This document shows, one piece after another, positions 8,795-19,084 of a stretch of 64,000 nucleotides of DNA. The notes beneath the pieces are model-generated. The model worked only from the letters and a program-made list of their open reading frames with translations, made no database searches and was not told the origin of the DNA. Every line of letters starts with the position of its first letter. Position 1 is the stretch's first letter. The position numbers were made by a program, and so were the translations under genes. Origin of the DNA: Roseburia sp. (lineage in GTDB: Bacteria > Bacillota > Clostridia > Lachnospirales > Lachnospiraceae); NCBI GenBank assembly GCA_026168605.1, contig JAPFDX010000034.1, forward strand, positions 12,887-76,886. Reading direction: 5' to 3'.

Positions 8795-9574
8795 ATGAAA
8801 AAGAAACTTGTAATGGCACTCTCCATTCTCTGCACACTGGGTATGCTCGCCGGCTGCGGCACAGACACTGACGAGACGGAGAAAAAAACCGCAGAAACAG
8901 GCGACCTGGTAGCCAAAGAAGAACCTGCTGCCAATGAGAAAGCACCGGAAGTTCCGGAAAGCGAAGCAGAGGAGAATACACCGGAAGTTCCGGAAAGCGA
9001 AACCGGGGAGAGCGTGCCGGAAGCGTCCACCGAAGAAACGGCAGGCGATACAGCGTCCGTTTCCGCCGACTGGAAGACCTATCAGATCAGCGTCAATGGA
9101 AGTACCCTTACCCTGCCGATGACCTACGATGATTTTTCCAGCGCCTCAGGATTTTCCATGGATAGTTCCGAAGCAGAATCCATTTTGGAAGGCGGTTATT
9201 ATACCTTGGTAAATTTCTATCAGAATGATACCGTGGCAGCTTATACGGATATCTTAAACGCTTCTGATGAAGATATGAAATACACCGACTGCCCCATTAC
9301 CCAGGTCGCCCAGTCCAAACGCATGGTAGTAGACAAGGGTATGCCTGCGATTACCTTTCCCGGAGGATTAAAGGCCGGTGAACCTGCGACACTGGAAGAC
9401 CTCACAGCCCTGTTTGGAGAGCCTACCGATACTTACGAGTATTTATCCGATGGATATGAAAAATATACTTATGAATGGAACGAAGACCCGTCCTGGACAA
9501 CCAGCAACTACTTAAAGATTGAAGTCGTAAATGGCGTGATTGACCAGATTACCTTAGACCGCAAAGACTACTAA
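8795..9574 (+). CDS. Lipoprotein with acidic repeat linker
   Basis: Signal peptide with lipobox MLAGC; E/P-rich linker; GAGG RBS. Confidence 0.8.
   Translation: MKKKLVMALSILCTLGMLAGCGTDTDETEKKTAETGDLVAKEEPAANEKAPEVPESEAEENTPEVPESETGESVPEASTEETAGDTASVSADWKTYQISVNGSTLTLPMTYDDFSSASGFSMDSSEAESILEGGYYTLVNFYQNDTVAAYTDILNASDEDMKYTDCPITQVAQSKRMVVDKGMPAITFPGGLKAGEPATLEDLTALFGEPTDTYEYLSDGYEKYTYEWNEDPSWTTSNYLKIEVVNGVIDQITLDRKDY
8944..9001 (+). repeat. Intragenic direct repeat, 22 bp twice at 36-bp period (PEVPESE)
   Basis: accggaagttccggaaagcgaa at 8944 and 8980. Confidence 0.85.
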
Positions 9575-9577
9575 AGC

Positions 9578-9643
9578 AAAAAACACCTTTCCCATCCTGC
9601 AACAGTGCCTGAACAACTCTGTTACAGCGGAAAGGTGTTTTTT
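9578..9643. terminator. Bidirectional intrinsic terminator between convergent genes
   Basis: aaaaaacacctttcc ... ggaaaggtgtttttt. Confidence 0.75.
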
Positions 9644-9662
9644 ATTTCTCTGTCATTCCCCC

Positions 9663-11366
9663 CTACACCAGCAGCCTCCGGTACCGGTTGATACACGCAA
9701 AGATCTCCTGCCGTCTCGGCATGGCAAGACCGCACGGCAGATAGCTGCTCTCGTAGACTACTGCAAGTCCCTTTTTCTCCATCACGGCGAGCAGCTCGTC
9801 CACGCACTCCGTCAGGGTGCGCTTCCCGTCAAACACATGAAGCTGCGCATATTTGAGGAGATACGCGAGCGCAGCAAGCTGTTCGCTGTCGGCAAGCTGC
9901 TCCACATAGCGCACGTCGATGGTATCTCGGTTGATGGAAATCCCGTCGCGCCCCATCGTCTTTAACTTCATGCGGGCGTCCTCCCTCCACGCGCGGTCCG
10001 CGCGGACGCGGCGCGCAAAAGACGGCTTCCTCTGCGGCGGCAGGGGCGCCTGCGGCATCGGATAGCGCTTCGCCTCCTCCTTTGCAAACGCGGTGATCTC
10101 CACCGGCTCATACTGGTTCATTTGGATGATGCAGTCCGCCTTGTGGAAATACGAACCCGAGCTTCCCGCAACGAGGATCGTCGAGATGCCGTACTCCTCA
10201 TAGAGCTCCCGGATGCGGTCGATAAACGGCGTGATCGGCTCATCCTCACGGTTGACCACGCGCTGCATCAGCTCGTCCCGGATCATGAAATTCGTCGCGC
10301 TGGTGTCCTCATCGATGAGGAAGGTCGTCGTGCCCGCCTCCATCGCCTCCACGACATTCGCCGCCTGCGAGGTGCTTCCACTCGCATCCTCCGTGCAAAA
10401 TGCCTTCGTGTCCTTCTTATTCGGAAGATTGCTGATAAACATAGAGATATCCACATTTTTTATGCTTCTTCCGTCCTCCGCGCGGATCTTTACCGCCGTG
10501 GCGTCCGTGATGACATACTCCCTGCCATCGCCTGCAATGTGATCGTAAACGCCGAGCTCCAGCGCTTTAAGAAGCGTGGATTTCCCATGATAACCGCCGC
10601 CCACGATCAGCGTGACGCCCTCGCGGATGCCCATTCCGGAAATCTCCCCGTAATGTGGCAGTGTAAAGGAAACCTCCAGTTCCTTCGGCGAGACAAACTT
10701 CACAGCATTTTTCATCGGCCGCCCCGACACGCCCGATTCCCTCGGCAGGATGGATCCGTTTGCGACAAACGCGCACAAGCCCCGCTCCTTTAAATGCTCC
10801 CTGATATACTGCGCGTCCTCCGCCAGATCCGCCGCCTGCGCCACCGCTTTCTGATCGAGCGCAGCGTAAAACAGCGCCCTCTTCACACAGCCCGGAAGAA
10901 AATCAAACAAAATCTTCTCCAGCTCGCGGGCGTTGACCGTGCGCCCGTTCGCCGGGAATCCGACCTCAAGCCGCAGCGTGACGTCGCCGTTCTTCCCATT
11001 GATCTCGCACGCGGTTCGCTCAAGAACCTCCTGCCCCGGACGGCTGACCGCCATCAGTCCGCTCTTGCCCGACCCTTTCGCCTGAAAGGACACCTTTTCC
11101 AGTTCCTTCCCAAAACGGCGTAGCAGATAATCGCAGACTGCGATGCGCCTGCATTTCTTCTCATAGTGCTGTGCCGGGATTTTTGCCGCGCTTCCCTTTA
11201 CGTGTACGCTCACCTTCGACGGCGATGCGAACGGGTCGCCCTGCACATGGTCGATGGAAAGCACATAGCTGCCAAAATCATAGCTGCCTCTGGTATCCTT
11301 GTACGCCGGATACCCTCTGTGGTCAATCCTCTGTAATAAATTTCTAAGCTCTGTCTGTGACTGCAT
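9663..11366 (-). CDS. ABC-class ATPase domain protein (ABC_ATPase family)
   Basis: DHVQGDPFA, Walker A GGGYHGKST, AEDGR, ASGSTSQA, Walker B LIDEDTSATNF. Confidence 0.8.
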   Translation of the reverse strand: MQSQTELRNLLQRIDHRGYPAYKDTRGSYDFGSYVLSIDHVQGDPFASPSKVSVHVKGSAAKIPAQHYEKKCRRIAVCDYLLRRFGKELEKVSFQAKGSGKSGLMAVSRPGQEVLERTACEINGKNGDVTLRLEVGFPANGRTVNARELEKILFDFLPGCVKRALFYAALDQKAVAQAADLAEDAQYIREHLKERGLCAFVANGSILPRESGVSGRPMKNAVKFVSPKELEVSFTLPHYGEISGMGIREGVTLIVGGGYHGKSTLLKALELGVYDHIAGDGREYVITDATAVKIRAEDGRSIKNVDISMFISNLPNKKDTKAFCTEDASGSTSQAANVVEAMEAGTTTFLIDEDTSATNFMIRDELMQRVVNREDEPITPFIDRIRELYEEYGISTILVAGSSGSYFHKADCIIQMNQYEPVEITAFAKEEAKRYPMPQAPLPPQRKPSFARRVRADRAWREDARMKLKTMGRDGISINRDTIDVRYVEQLADSEQLAALAYLLKYAQLHVFDGKRTLTECVDELLAVMEKKGLAVVYESSYLPCGLAMPRRQEIFACINRYRRLLV

Positions 11367-11383
11367 GATGTCCTCCTTCTATC

Positions 11384-12880
11384 TTATAACTCCCCGTCGC
11401 GCGCCAGCTCGGATAAAAGTTCCGCCCTGCGCGTTCCGGTCAGCAACTGCTCGCTGTACTGTCTGTAACGCTCGCAGGTGTGTTCGGACAGAAACAGCGC
11501 CGACTCGCTTCCCATCGTAAGCTCCGTCACAAAGACGACCATCTCCTGCCCTTTTTCAAACGCCTGCTCCATAAAGTCAAACGCATACTCGACCGCCTGC
11601 GCCGTCTGTGTCTCCAACGCTGCCAGCGCCTCCTTCTGCCGCTCAAAACCTGCGGCGGCGCTCATAAAGCACTCCTTCGCCCCGTCTCCCTGCGGACTGT
11701 TTTCCTTCAGCAGGCGAAGAAGCTGCTTTCCTCTGGACTTTTGCTCCCTGGTGTAGCTGCCGTTTTCTGCGGCGGATAAAAATGCCTGCTCCCGCTCCGC
11801 CAGCAGTCTCCCATAGAGTTCCACCGGCTGCGCATCCTCCGCGACGGCGCTCCGGTACTCCTTTAGAAACGCATACCATCCATCCGCGAGATCACGCGCC
11901 TCCGCGGTCTTTTGGAACAGACCGTGCAGACCGTCGCACAGAAGGTTTGTCACCGCAATGCGCTCGTCAAACGCCGCCTTGAAAATGCGCGCGAACACCG
12001 CCGGTTTCACCTTCCCCGCAAGGATCTCAGGGATGCCGTAGTCGTCCTCGTATTTCCGGTAGAGGTCAAAGTACGCCGCCGCGTCCTCCGCGATCTGCTC
12101 ATGGTGCAAAAACTCCATCACGACCGTCTCGTCCACCGCAAGCCCCAGCTCCTCATAGACGCCCATCAGCGCGGACAGATCCTCCCAGCCGCGCGCCGTG
12201 ACGAAACGGACGCCGTCCACATCCGCCTCCACACGGTAAAAATTGTCCGGGCGAAGCTCCAGGTAGCTTAAGATCGCGCCGTGTATGTGCTGCGCGCGCG
12301 CATACTCCTTCCAGACCTTAAGATCCGCCTCCACCGTCAGATAGCGCACGCGGTCAAGCGTCACCATATCAAAATCGCGCACCGACTTATTGTACTCCGG
12401 CGGATTTCCCGCCGCCACGATCAGCCAGCCCTCCGGGACTGCCTGATTGCCGAACGTCTTGCACTGCAAAAACTGGAGCATCGTCGGCGCGAGCGTCTCC
12501 GACACACAGTTGATCTCATCGATAAACAAAATCCCTTCCCGCTGCCCGCTGTCCCTGATCTTGCGGTAGACGCTCGCGATGATCTCGCTCATCGTATATT
12601 CGGTGACCGAGTATGTTTTCCCCTCAAACTCTTCCTCCCGGATAAACGGAAGTCCGACCGCGCTCTGTCTCGTGTGGTGGGTAATGGTGTACGCCACCAG
12701 CCCGATGCCAAGCTCCCTTGCAATCTGCTCCATGATCTGCGTCTTGCCGATCCCCGGCGGTCCCATCAGAAGTACCGGGCGCTGTCTGACCGCCGGTATT
12801 TTGTATTCTCCCTGCCCGTCCTTTGCAAGATATGCCTGCACGGTGTGTTTGATCTCGTTTTTTGCCTGCTTAATATTCAT
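11384..12880 (-). CDS. AAA+ ATPase (MoxR/dynein-related type)
   Basis: GPPGIGKT, LFIDEINC, AAGNP, DRV; start moved to MNIKQAK (ATG 12880), overlapping the VWA gene stop by 4 nt. Confidence 0.85.
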   Translation of the reverse strand: MNIKQAKNEIKHTVQAYLAKDGQGEYKIPAVRQRPVLLMGPPGIGKTQIMEQIARELGIGLVAYTITHHTRQSAVGLPFIREEEFEGKTYSVTEYTMSEIIASVYRKIRDSGQREGILFIDEINCVSETLAPTMLQFLQCKTFGNQAVPEGWLIVAAGNPPEYNKSVRDFDMVTLDRVRYLTVEADLKVWKEYARAQHIHGAILSYLELRPDNFYRVEADVDGVRFVTARGWEDLSALMGVYEELGLAVDETVVMEFLHHEQIAEDAAAYFDLYRKYEDDYGIPEILAGKVKPAVFARIFKAAFDERIAVTNLLCDGLHGLFQKTAEARDLADGWYAFLKEYRSAVAEDAQPVELYGRLLAEREQAFLSAAENGSYTREQKSRGKQLLRLLKENSPQGDGAKECFMSAAAGFERQKEALAALETQTAQAVEYAFDFMEQAFEKGQEMVVFVTELTMGSESALFLSEHTCERYRQYSEQLLTGTRRAELLSELARDGEL

Positions 12881-14211
12881 AATTCCTTTTCCTCTGTCAC
12901 AAATTCTTCCGGCTCCAATTTCAGCCGCATTGCCCACGGAGGCACTGTCTCCTCCTCGTATTCCTCCAGAAACAAAAACGCCGCCGGATAGTCCGGTCGC
13001 ATTTTCGGATAAGTCCCCTTCCCATCCGTAAAATATAAAAGTCCGTTCAGATATTTCAGCTCCCCGCGCTCCCTAAGCTCGCTGATATAGGAAAACGCCG
13101 GGCGAAAATCCGTCCCCCCACCGCCGAGCAGACGAAATTCCTTCAGAAACTGCTCCAGCTCGCGCTCCCCCGTGAGCGTCACATCGCCCCTGACCTGGTT
13201 GTCACACTGCAAAACGCGTATCACGGAATCCGAAAAAAAGCTGTCGCTCTGCTTTAAGATACTGACCGTCTCCCGCAGAAACTGCTCCACGAGACTGCCG
13301 CTCGTCGAATCGCTCGTGTCCAGCACAATGACAAATTCCCGGATTTTTTTCGCCTCGCGGCTCTCAAGCGGCTCGATGAGCGGCAGATTGCCGTACAGTT
13401 TCAGTCCGTAGGTGTAGTAGTTTAAGTCAAATTCATCCGGGTCAGCGTGCAGCTCCTCTCTCCGCACCGCAAATTTTTTCAGAAAGTCGCGGTAACTGCG
13501 CCTGCCGCGCTCCGCCGCAAGCTGTGCGGCGAGGAGTTCTTCCCCCTCCTGCGTCTCGTCCCCGCGCCGCTGCTGCTCCATGCTTGTCTGTCTCGCGATC
13601 TTGTTCCACTTCTTCTGGCTCGCCACGGCAGCCTGCTGCTTTGCACTGTCATCCTGCTGCTTCGGCCAGTATCTGTGATCGTCCGTGTAAAACTCTTTTT
13701 CCAGCGCAAGCAGACGCTCTCTGCCGCCGTCCTCCTGCTCCGCCGCAAGCAGCATCCGGTAGACGACCGCCGCCGAGACGGCAGTCCCGCTCTCCTCCAG
13801 TTTCCGGTACAGCTCGCTGCGCGTAAAGCTTAAGATCCGTCTGGTGCACGCCTTGTCCATCCCGTCGATCACATACTCGACCGCGATATCGCAGGCGAGG
13901 TGCCAGAGCGCGGGCGTGCGGTTCCCCCCGATCCAGAGATGGGAAAAGAGACAGTGCAGCACCGTGTGCAGATACAGTCTGTTTAAAAAAAACGGATTCT
14001 GCCGGAACACGCGAAGCACCTGCTCCGTCGAAAAATTAAGATATGTACCGTCCGTCGCAAACGTGGATACAGCGCCATCCGCACGCGGCGCAAGCCCCGA
14101 GAGCGCGATATCCAGAAAGCGCAGTTCCAGATAAATCTCATTGCGGGTATAGCCGAGTATCTTTTCCGACATCTCCACTTCCCATTCCGTCTGTGTCTTT
14201 ACCTTTGCCAT
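12877..14211 (-). CDS. Metallopeptidase-like (DUF2201-type) plus VWA domain protein
   Basis: TDG, LHTVLHCLFSH and NLACD-like HLACD in the N-terminal half; MIDAS LDTSDST, GGGGTDF, YFTDG. Confidence 0.8.
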   Translation of the reverse strand: MAKVKTQTEWEVEMSEKILGYTRNEIYLELRFLDIALSGLAPRADGAVSTFATDGTYLNFSTEQVLRVFRQNPFFLNRLYLHTVLHCLFSHLWIGGNRTPALWHLACDIAVEYVIDGMDKACTRRILSFTRSELYRKLEESGTAVSAAVVYRMLLAAEQEDGGRERLLALEKEFYTDDHRYWPKQQDDSAKQQAAVASQKKWNKIARQTSMEQQRRGDETQEGEELLAAQLAAERGRRSYRDFLKKFAVRREELHADPDEFDLNYYTYGLKLYGNLPLIEPLESREAKKIREFVIVLDTSDSTSGSLVEQFLRETVSILKQSDSFFSDSVIRVLQCDNQVRGDVTLTGERELEQFLKEFRLLGGGGTDFRPAFSYISELRERGELKYLNGLLYFTDGKGTYPKMRPDYPAAFLFLEEYEEETVPPWAMRLKLEPEEFVTEEKEL

Positions 14212-14235
14212 CGCCGTGCTCCTTCCTCCCCTCTC

Positions 14236-15234
14236 TTAAAAATCATCAAATGTGTAGCGCTCCTCCACCGTCTTTTCCGCAAAAAACTGTTCCTTCATCC
14301 GCAAAAAGGCAGCCACGCCTTTCGCCCACTCCGCGTCTGCGGCAAGACGGATGCAGCCGTCTATGTGCAGCGCGCCGAGCAGCCCCTGTTCACACAAAAA
14401 CTGTACGGCATCCTCGTCTCTCACGCTGACTGCCTCTGCGCAGAGCGCGTCTGCGTGCGCCCGGATATACGCCTCATAGCGTTCCCGGCTCTCCGCGGCA
14501 AGTCCCACCGGGTAGCGCAGACGGTCACAGGCAAGGCGGTTTAACGTCGCCTCCCGCTCCTCGGCACAAGCCTTCGGGAAAATGCTGTCGTAGAGCGCAA
14601 AATCGATCTCCCCCTGATGCAGGCACTGTCTGGCGCGAAATCCCTCGCCCTCGATATTTCTGCCAAACAGATGCGCCGGGGCGATCTCGTCATAGCTCTC
14701 ATAGTATTCCGGGAACAAAAGCCGGATCCGCACCTCTTCTCCCCGCATAAAATCCACTTCCATATCGGAGGAGATCTGCGCCAGGATCTGCCGGATCCCC
14801 GCCGCCGGAGCCTCCCCGCCCACCGTCATCCGGTGCAGCCTGTGGCAGTTCATAAACGCGTCGCCGCCCACCGCCTCCACCGCATCCCCGAGTGTAAGCG
14901 TCTTAAGCTGCCTGCACTGGTAAAAAGCATAGCTTCCGATCCGGCGGATCGTCTGCGGCAAAATCACGGATTCCACCGCATCCCCGGCAAGTTTGCGCAG
15001 GGACGCCGCGTCCGTCCGCTGTCCCTCCAACGGCTCGCTGTCCGGGGCTGCACTTCTGCGCCCGGCAAAGCAGTAATCCCCGATTTCCGTCACCGGAAGC
15101 CCCTCAAGAAACTCCGGCACCAAAGCGTCCGGCGTCTGCCCGTACATCCCGAGCAGTCGCGCGCCGCCCGCACTGTCCGGCTCCCACAAATATTCATAAA
15201 TCCCTTCCGTGTCCTCGATCCTTTTTCTTTCCAT
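14236..15234 (-). CDS. BspA-type leucine-rich repeat protein
   Basis: VTEIGDYCF, IRRIGSYAFYQC, VEAVGGDAFMNC repeats; no signal peptide. Confidence 0.7.
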   Translation of the reverse strand: MERKRIEDTEGIYEYLWEPDSAGGARLLGMYGQTPDALVPEFLEGLPVTEIGDYCFAGRRSAAPDSEPLEGQRTDAASLRKLAGDAVESVILPQTIRRIGSYAFYQCRQLKTLTLGDAVEAVGGDAFMNCHRLHRMTVGGEAPAAGIRQILAQISSDMEVDFMRGEEVRIRLLFPEYYESYDEIAPAHLFGRNIEGEGFRARQCLHQGEIDFALYDSIFPKACAEEREATLNRLACDRLRYPVGLAAESRERYEAYIRAHADALCAEAVSVRDEDAVQFLCEQGLLGALHIDGCIRLAADAEWAKGVAAFLRMKEQFFAEKTVEERYTFDDF

Positions 15235-15250
15235 GTGTCACAGTGTAACA

Positions 15251-16186
15251 TCACTCGGACAATTTTTCAACGTCTGTGTGCACTGTGTTTTGCAACTGTG
15301 TCATACCGCCGAGCAGGATGCCCTTATTCGCCTCGTAAATCCGGTCAAACTGCGAAGCCGGAAGCGGGTTTTCCCCAAGTCCCGCCTCGATCGTGTAGCC
15401 GGGACGGTCATACTCCTGAATAAACCAGTCTTTGTATCCGGCATACCCCGACGCCGACGGCGTCTCCTCCACCGCGTAGCCGCTGACGCTACCAAAATAC
15501 TGCGCGATCTCATAAGATCTGTCCGGTTCATAGTCCAGATATTTCCAGTAGATCACCTCGCCCTGCGTGTGGTAGGCGAGAATCAGGGAAAAGTCGTGCG
15601 CTCTTGTAAAGCGGTACACTGCCGCGCTCTCCGGCGCGGTCAGCGGCGCGCTTCCGACATAATCCCTTGGCGCCGGAGACGTGTAGCCCTGCGCCGCCTT
15701 GATCGTCTTCGCCTGCTCCCAGCCCGCCGGAAACTGGAGATTTAAGTCCACACCGCCAATATTTGCCTTCCAGCCGTTCGGAAACGGGATCGCGGGGTAC
15801 GCCGCGCTGATCGCCTTCGCCTGCTCGTAATAAGGTCCACTCTTTAAAAGCCCGTTCACCAGATCCACGCCGTCGGGATTCACCATCGGTACGAGATAGA
15901 GCTGGTACGAGGAAAACAGCTCCCCTGCCGGCACACCGTACAAGTCTGTTCCCTCCGCGTAGGCTCTCGCGTATTCCTCCGCAAATTTTAACAGGATTCC
16001 CGTCGTAATATTTTCATTTGCATGAAAAGAAGCATTGTAAAACACCTGTGTGCTCCCCGTTCCGATCACGATATACGGAATCGGTCTGCCCATCACGGTG
16101 TTTCCAATGCTCCCCGTCTTAAGAAACGGATAACGTCTCTTTAAATCCTCCACCGCATAGCGGCTTGTCAATGAATTGTACAGCAT
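15251..16186 (-). CDS. M14 zinc carboxypeptidase (gamma-D-glutamyl-diaminopimelate peptidase/YqgT-like)
   Basis: HANE, NPDG, WKAN, VDLNLQF, YHTQG and TIE motifs. Confidence 0.8.
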   Translation of the reverse strand: MLYNSLTSRYAVEDLKRRYPFLKTGSIGNTVMGRPIPYIVIGTGSTQVFYNASFHANENITTGILLKFAEEYARAYAEGTDLYGVPAGELFSSYQLYLVPMVNPDGVDLVNGLLKSGPYYEQAKAISAAYPAIPFPNGWKANIGGVDLNLQFPAGWEQAKTIKAAQGYTSPAPRDYVGSAPLTAPESAAVYRFTRAHDFSLILAYHTQGEVIYWKYLDYEPDRSYEIAQYFGSVSGYAVEETPSASGYAGYKDWFIQEYDRPGYTIEAGLGENPLPASQFDRIYEANKGILLGGMTQLQNTVHTDVEKLSE

Positions 16187-16214
16187 CTGTGCCCCTATTC
16201 AATTCTCTCTATCC

Positions 16215-16243
16215 ATATGTATGAGAAAAATAAGAGCGTATGC
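16215..16243 (-). promoter_or_regulatory. Putative sigma-E (mother-cell) type promoter upstream of the M14-LRR-VWA-AAA-ATPase operon
   Basis: Minus strand GCATAC-N14-CATACATAT. Confidence 0.45.
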
Positions 16244-16274
16244 CTGCACATTTTTCGATCTGCTTTTTCACTTC

Positions 16275-17264
16275 TCAATACTGGTACTCTTCCTGAATAA
16301 ATGGAAATAACAGTTTCTGGCTCTCCGGTTCCTGCATATTTTCTACCGTGATCGCAGCAGAACCCGAATCAATATATCTCTGGTATGGTTCCCCACGTAC
16401 AATAGCGGCTGCCTGCTGCACTCCAAGATACCCCATATTAAACGATTTCTGCACCACGATCCCATCTAAGATCCCTTCCTCCAGAAATTGTACCTGCTCA
16501 ATCGAATTGTCAAACCCGATCATCGCAATCTCATTCTGCCGCCCTGCATTTTTTACGGCGCGCACCGCTCCCACTGCCGAGTATTCATTCGTAGCGATGA
16601 TCAAACCTATATCGGGATAATCGTTTAAAAGTTCAGACGTGACCCGCTGTGCCTGCGCATAATCCGAATCTCCATACACTACCTGAACAATCTGCCCTGC
16701 ACTCTCATCCAGCGCATAGGCGATTCCGTCCATCCGCTCTTTTGCTGTGGAAGAATTCTTAACATGACTGACGACCGCAATTTTTGTTCCGTCAGATATC
16801 ATCTGTTTTGCCAGTTCCCCAAGTCTTGTTCCTGCAATAAAATTATCCGTAGACACCATGCAGTCCTCCAGCGGTTCTTCCACATTGGAATCCACAAATA
16901 TCAGTGGAATCCCGCTTTCTTTTACCTTGCGTGCAGCCGTAAGCGTTCCATTGTAATCGCAGGCAGAGATCATAATCGCGTCCGGTTTCTGTTCTACCGC
17001 CCACAGGATCCATTCATTTTGTCCCTCATAATCCAGCTCCGACTCTGCCGCCACAATTCTTAAGTTTACATTATATTCCTGCGCCGCCATCTTTGCTCCC
17101 GCCAGCAGGGAACTCCAAAATTCGTTGGTATCATCTATGATCTTTGGAATGTAAATGACATCGATCGGTTCTTCACGATCCTGCACATAGGCCGTCCATC
17201 CCCATAGGAGTCCTATACATCCCAGCAATATGATGATAAGGGCTTCCCTCATCCTTTTCTTCAA
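16275..17264 (-). CDS. Membrane-anchored sugar-binding protein (periplasmic binding protein type 1) coupled to a two-component system
   Basis: N-terminal TM helix; FWSSLLAGA, VSTDN, IGFD motifs; TTG start overlaps the kinase stop. Confidence 0.8.
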   Translation of the reverse strand: MKKRMREALIIILLGCIGLLWGWTAYVQDREEPIDVIYIPKIIDDTNEFWSSLLAGAKMAAQEYNVNLRIVAAESELDYEGQNEWILWAVEQKPDAIMISACDYNGTLTAARKVKESGIPLIFVDSNVEEPLEDCMVSTDNFIAGTRLGELAKQMISDGTKIAVVSHVKNSSTAKERMDGIAYALDESAGQIVQVVYGDSDYAQAQRVTSELLNDYPDIGLIIATNEYSAVGAVRAVKNAGRQNEIAMIGFDNSIEQVQFLEEGILDGIVVQKSFNMGYLGVQQAAAIVRGEPYQRYIDSGSAAITVENMQEPESQKLLFPFIQEEYQY

Positions 17265-19084
17265 CTCTCCATTCCTCCCGGTATCTTCATGAGCACTCTC
17301 GTTCCCCTGTTCCTTTCACTCTCATAGAACAATCCGTATGCATTTCCGTAATATAATTTTAACCGCCTTTCTACATTGTACACGCCAACACCATTCGAAT
17401 TATAGTTCACCTTGTGCTCGTCAAAAATGTGCTGTAACGCTTGTTCACTCATTCCAACTCCATCATCCTCCACCGTGATATGGATTTCTTCTCCCTCCCG
17501 CTTCGCACTAACACGGACGGTTCCAGAACCGTTCTTGTAACGGATCCCATGATAGATCGCATTCTCCACGAGCGGCTGAAGCACGAGCTTTACGATGGGA
17601 CATTCTCTGATTCCTTCCTCCAGTGAAACCGAAAAATTCAGCTTATCCATATACCTCATCTTCTGGATCATCAGATAGCTCTCAACGTGCTCAATCTCCG
17701 CTTCCAGAGAAACGATCTCCGCCTTGTTATTAAAACTCTGACGCATCATCGTCGCCAGTGCTGCTGTCATCTGCACAACCTCCTCATTCTCTCCGCTCTC
17801 CGCCATCCAGATGATGGAATCCAGCGTGTTGTACAAAAAATGCGGATTGATCTGGGACTGCAGCGCACGAAGTTCAATTTTTCTCTTCTCCTTCTGTTCT
17901 TCCACATTCTGCGCCATCAGTTCCTGAATTTTTCTGGTCATCAGGTTGAAACTGTTCCCGAGACTTCCTATCTCATTTTTCTCTGTGACGACAACGCTTG
18001 CTTTCTCAAAATTTCCCTTTTCCACTTCACGCATGGATTCCCGGAGTTTTAAAATCGGCAACGTGATCCTGTCTGCCAGAAAGCCTGAAAGCAAAACAGC
18101 CACACTTACCAGAACAACCGCAGTCAGAAAAAATGTCCATGTGATCCATCTTCGCGTCTCCATCATCTCATCCAGATAAGAAACTCCCACAACCGTCCAT
18201 CCGGTTTTATCGGAGACCGACATTGTATAAAGACATCCATCCCTGCCGTCCGTGATAAAATAATCCTCCCCGCAGGAAAGCACCTTGTCGATCTCCTCCT
18301 CGATCAGCCCCGTATACAAAAGCTGCTGTTTCGGATGATAAATCACATTCCCCGCCGCATCCAGAATAAAAACATACCCGTATTCCCCCATTGCGCTCTT
18401 CTCACACAAATTACTGATCGTATCGTAGTTAAGGTCAATAAAAAATAATCCCTGCCGTTCGTTTGTATAAGGATTTCTGATCACGCGGCTCAGAGTGATG
18501 ACCCACCGGTAATCATCTGCAACAAGATTCTGCACGTGAGAAGCGGACAGCGAAACTCCCCCCACTGCCTGTTTCGTCTCCCTCACCCAATGCAATGTAT
18601 CGGGGCTTATATTGGGGTTGATCCTGTCTGCTCCATCATTAAAAATATAATTTTCCTCATCATAAATAATTCCAATATTCGCAATATCTGTCCGCGATCT
18701 CATCAGCACCCGGAACTGATCCGTAATTCTGATAAAAAGACTCTCTCTGTCAATGTCATAGACTGCAGAATAATTGGAATTGCCAAGTATTTTATCCTTA
18801 TTCTCTCCGGCATAAAGTGAATAAAACAAATAGCGCGGAATATCCTCATCCTCCGCTACAAAAGTGGCTATATTTTCCATATATGCGATATACGAATCTA
18901 TCTCGTCATTGATCAGTCCATTCACCCGCAGTCCGTAGTCGATGGAGTTGCGGATCACCGCATGACTGGTGGATGGCAGCGATACCACAAGAAATGAGAC
19001 CACTGTGCTGATCACCAACACGAGAAACGATTGCATAATGGACTTTTTTATACTGACAGACGACAAAAAATTATGCTTCGCCAT
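17261..19084 (-). CDS. YesM-like Cache/HAMP sensor histidine kinase
   Basis: LQSQINPHFLYNTL, QPLVENAIYHG, EDDGVG, GVGVYNV; start at MAKHNF behind AAGGAG. Confidence 0.9.
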   Translation of the reverse strand: MAKHNFLSSVSIKKSIMQSFLVLVISTVVSFLVVSLPSTSHAVIRNSIDYGLRVNGLINDEIDSYIAYMENIATFVAEDEDIPRYLFYSLYAGENKDKILGNSNYSAVYDIDRESLFIRITDQFRVLMRSRTDIANIGIIYDEENYIFNDGADRINPNISPDTLHWVRETKQAVGGVSLSASHVQNLVADDYRWVITLSRVIRNPYTNERQGLFFIDLNYDTISNLCEKSAMGEYGYVFILDAAGNVIYHPKQQLLYTGLIEEEIDKVLSCGEDYFITDGRDGCLYTMSVSDKTGWTVVGVSYLDEMMETRRWITWTFFLTAVVLVSVAVLLSGFLADRITLPILKLRESMREVEKGNFEKASVVVTEKNEIGSLGNSFNLMTRKIQELMAQNVEEQKEKRKIELRALQSQINPHFLYNTLDSIIWMAESGENEEVVQMTAALATMMRQSFNNKAEIVSLEAEIEHVESYLMIQKMRYMDKLNFSVSLEEGIRECPIVKLVLQPLVENAIYHGIRYKNGSGTVRVSAKREGEEIHITVEDDGVGMSEQALQHIFDEHKVNYNSNGVGVYNVERRLKLYYGNAYGLFYESERNRGTRVLMKIPGGMES

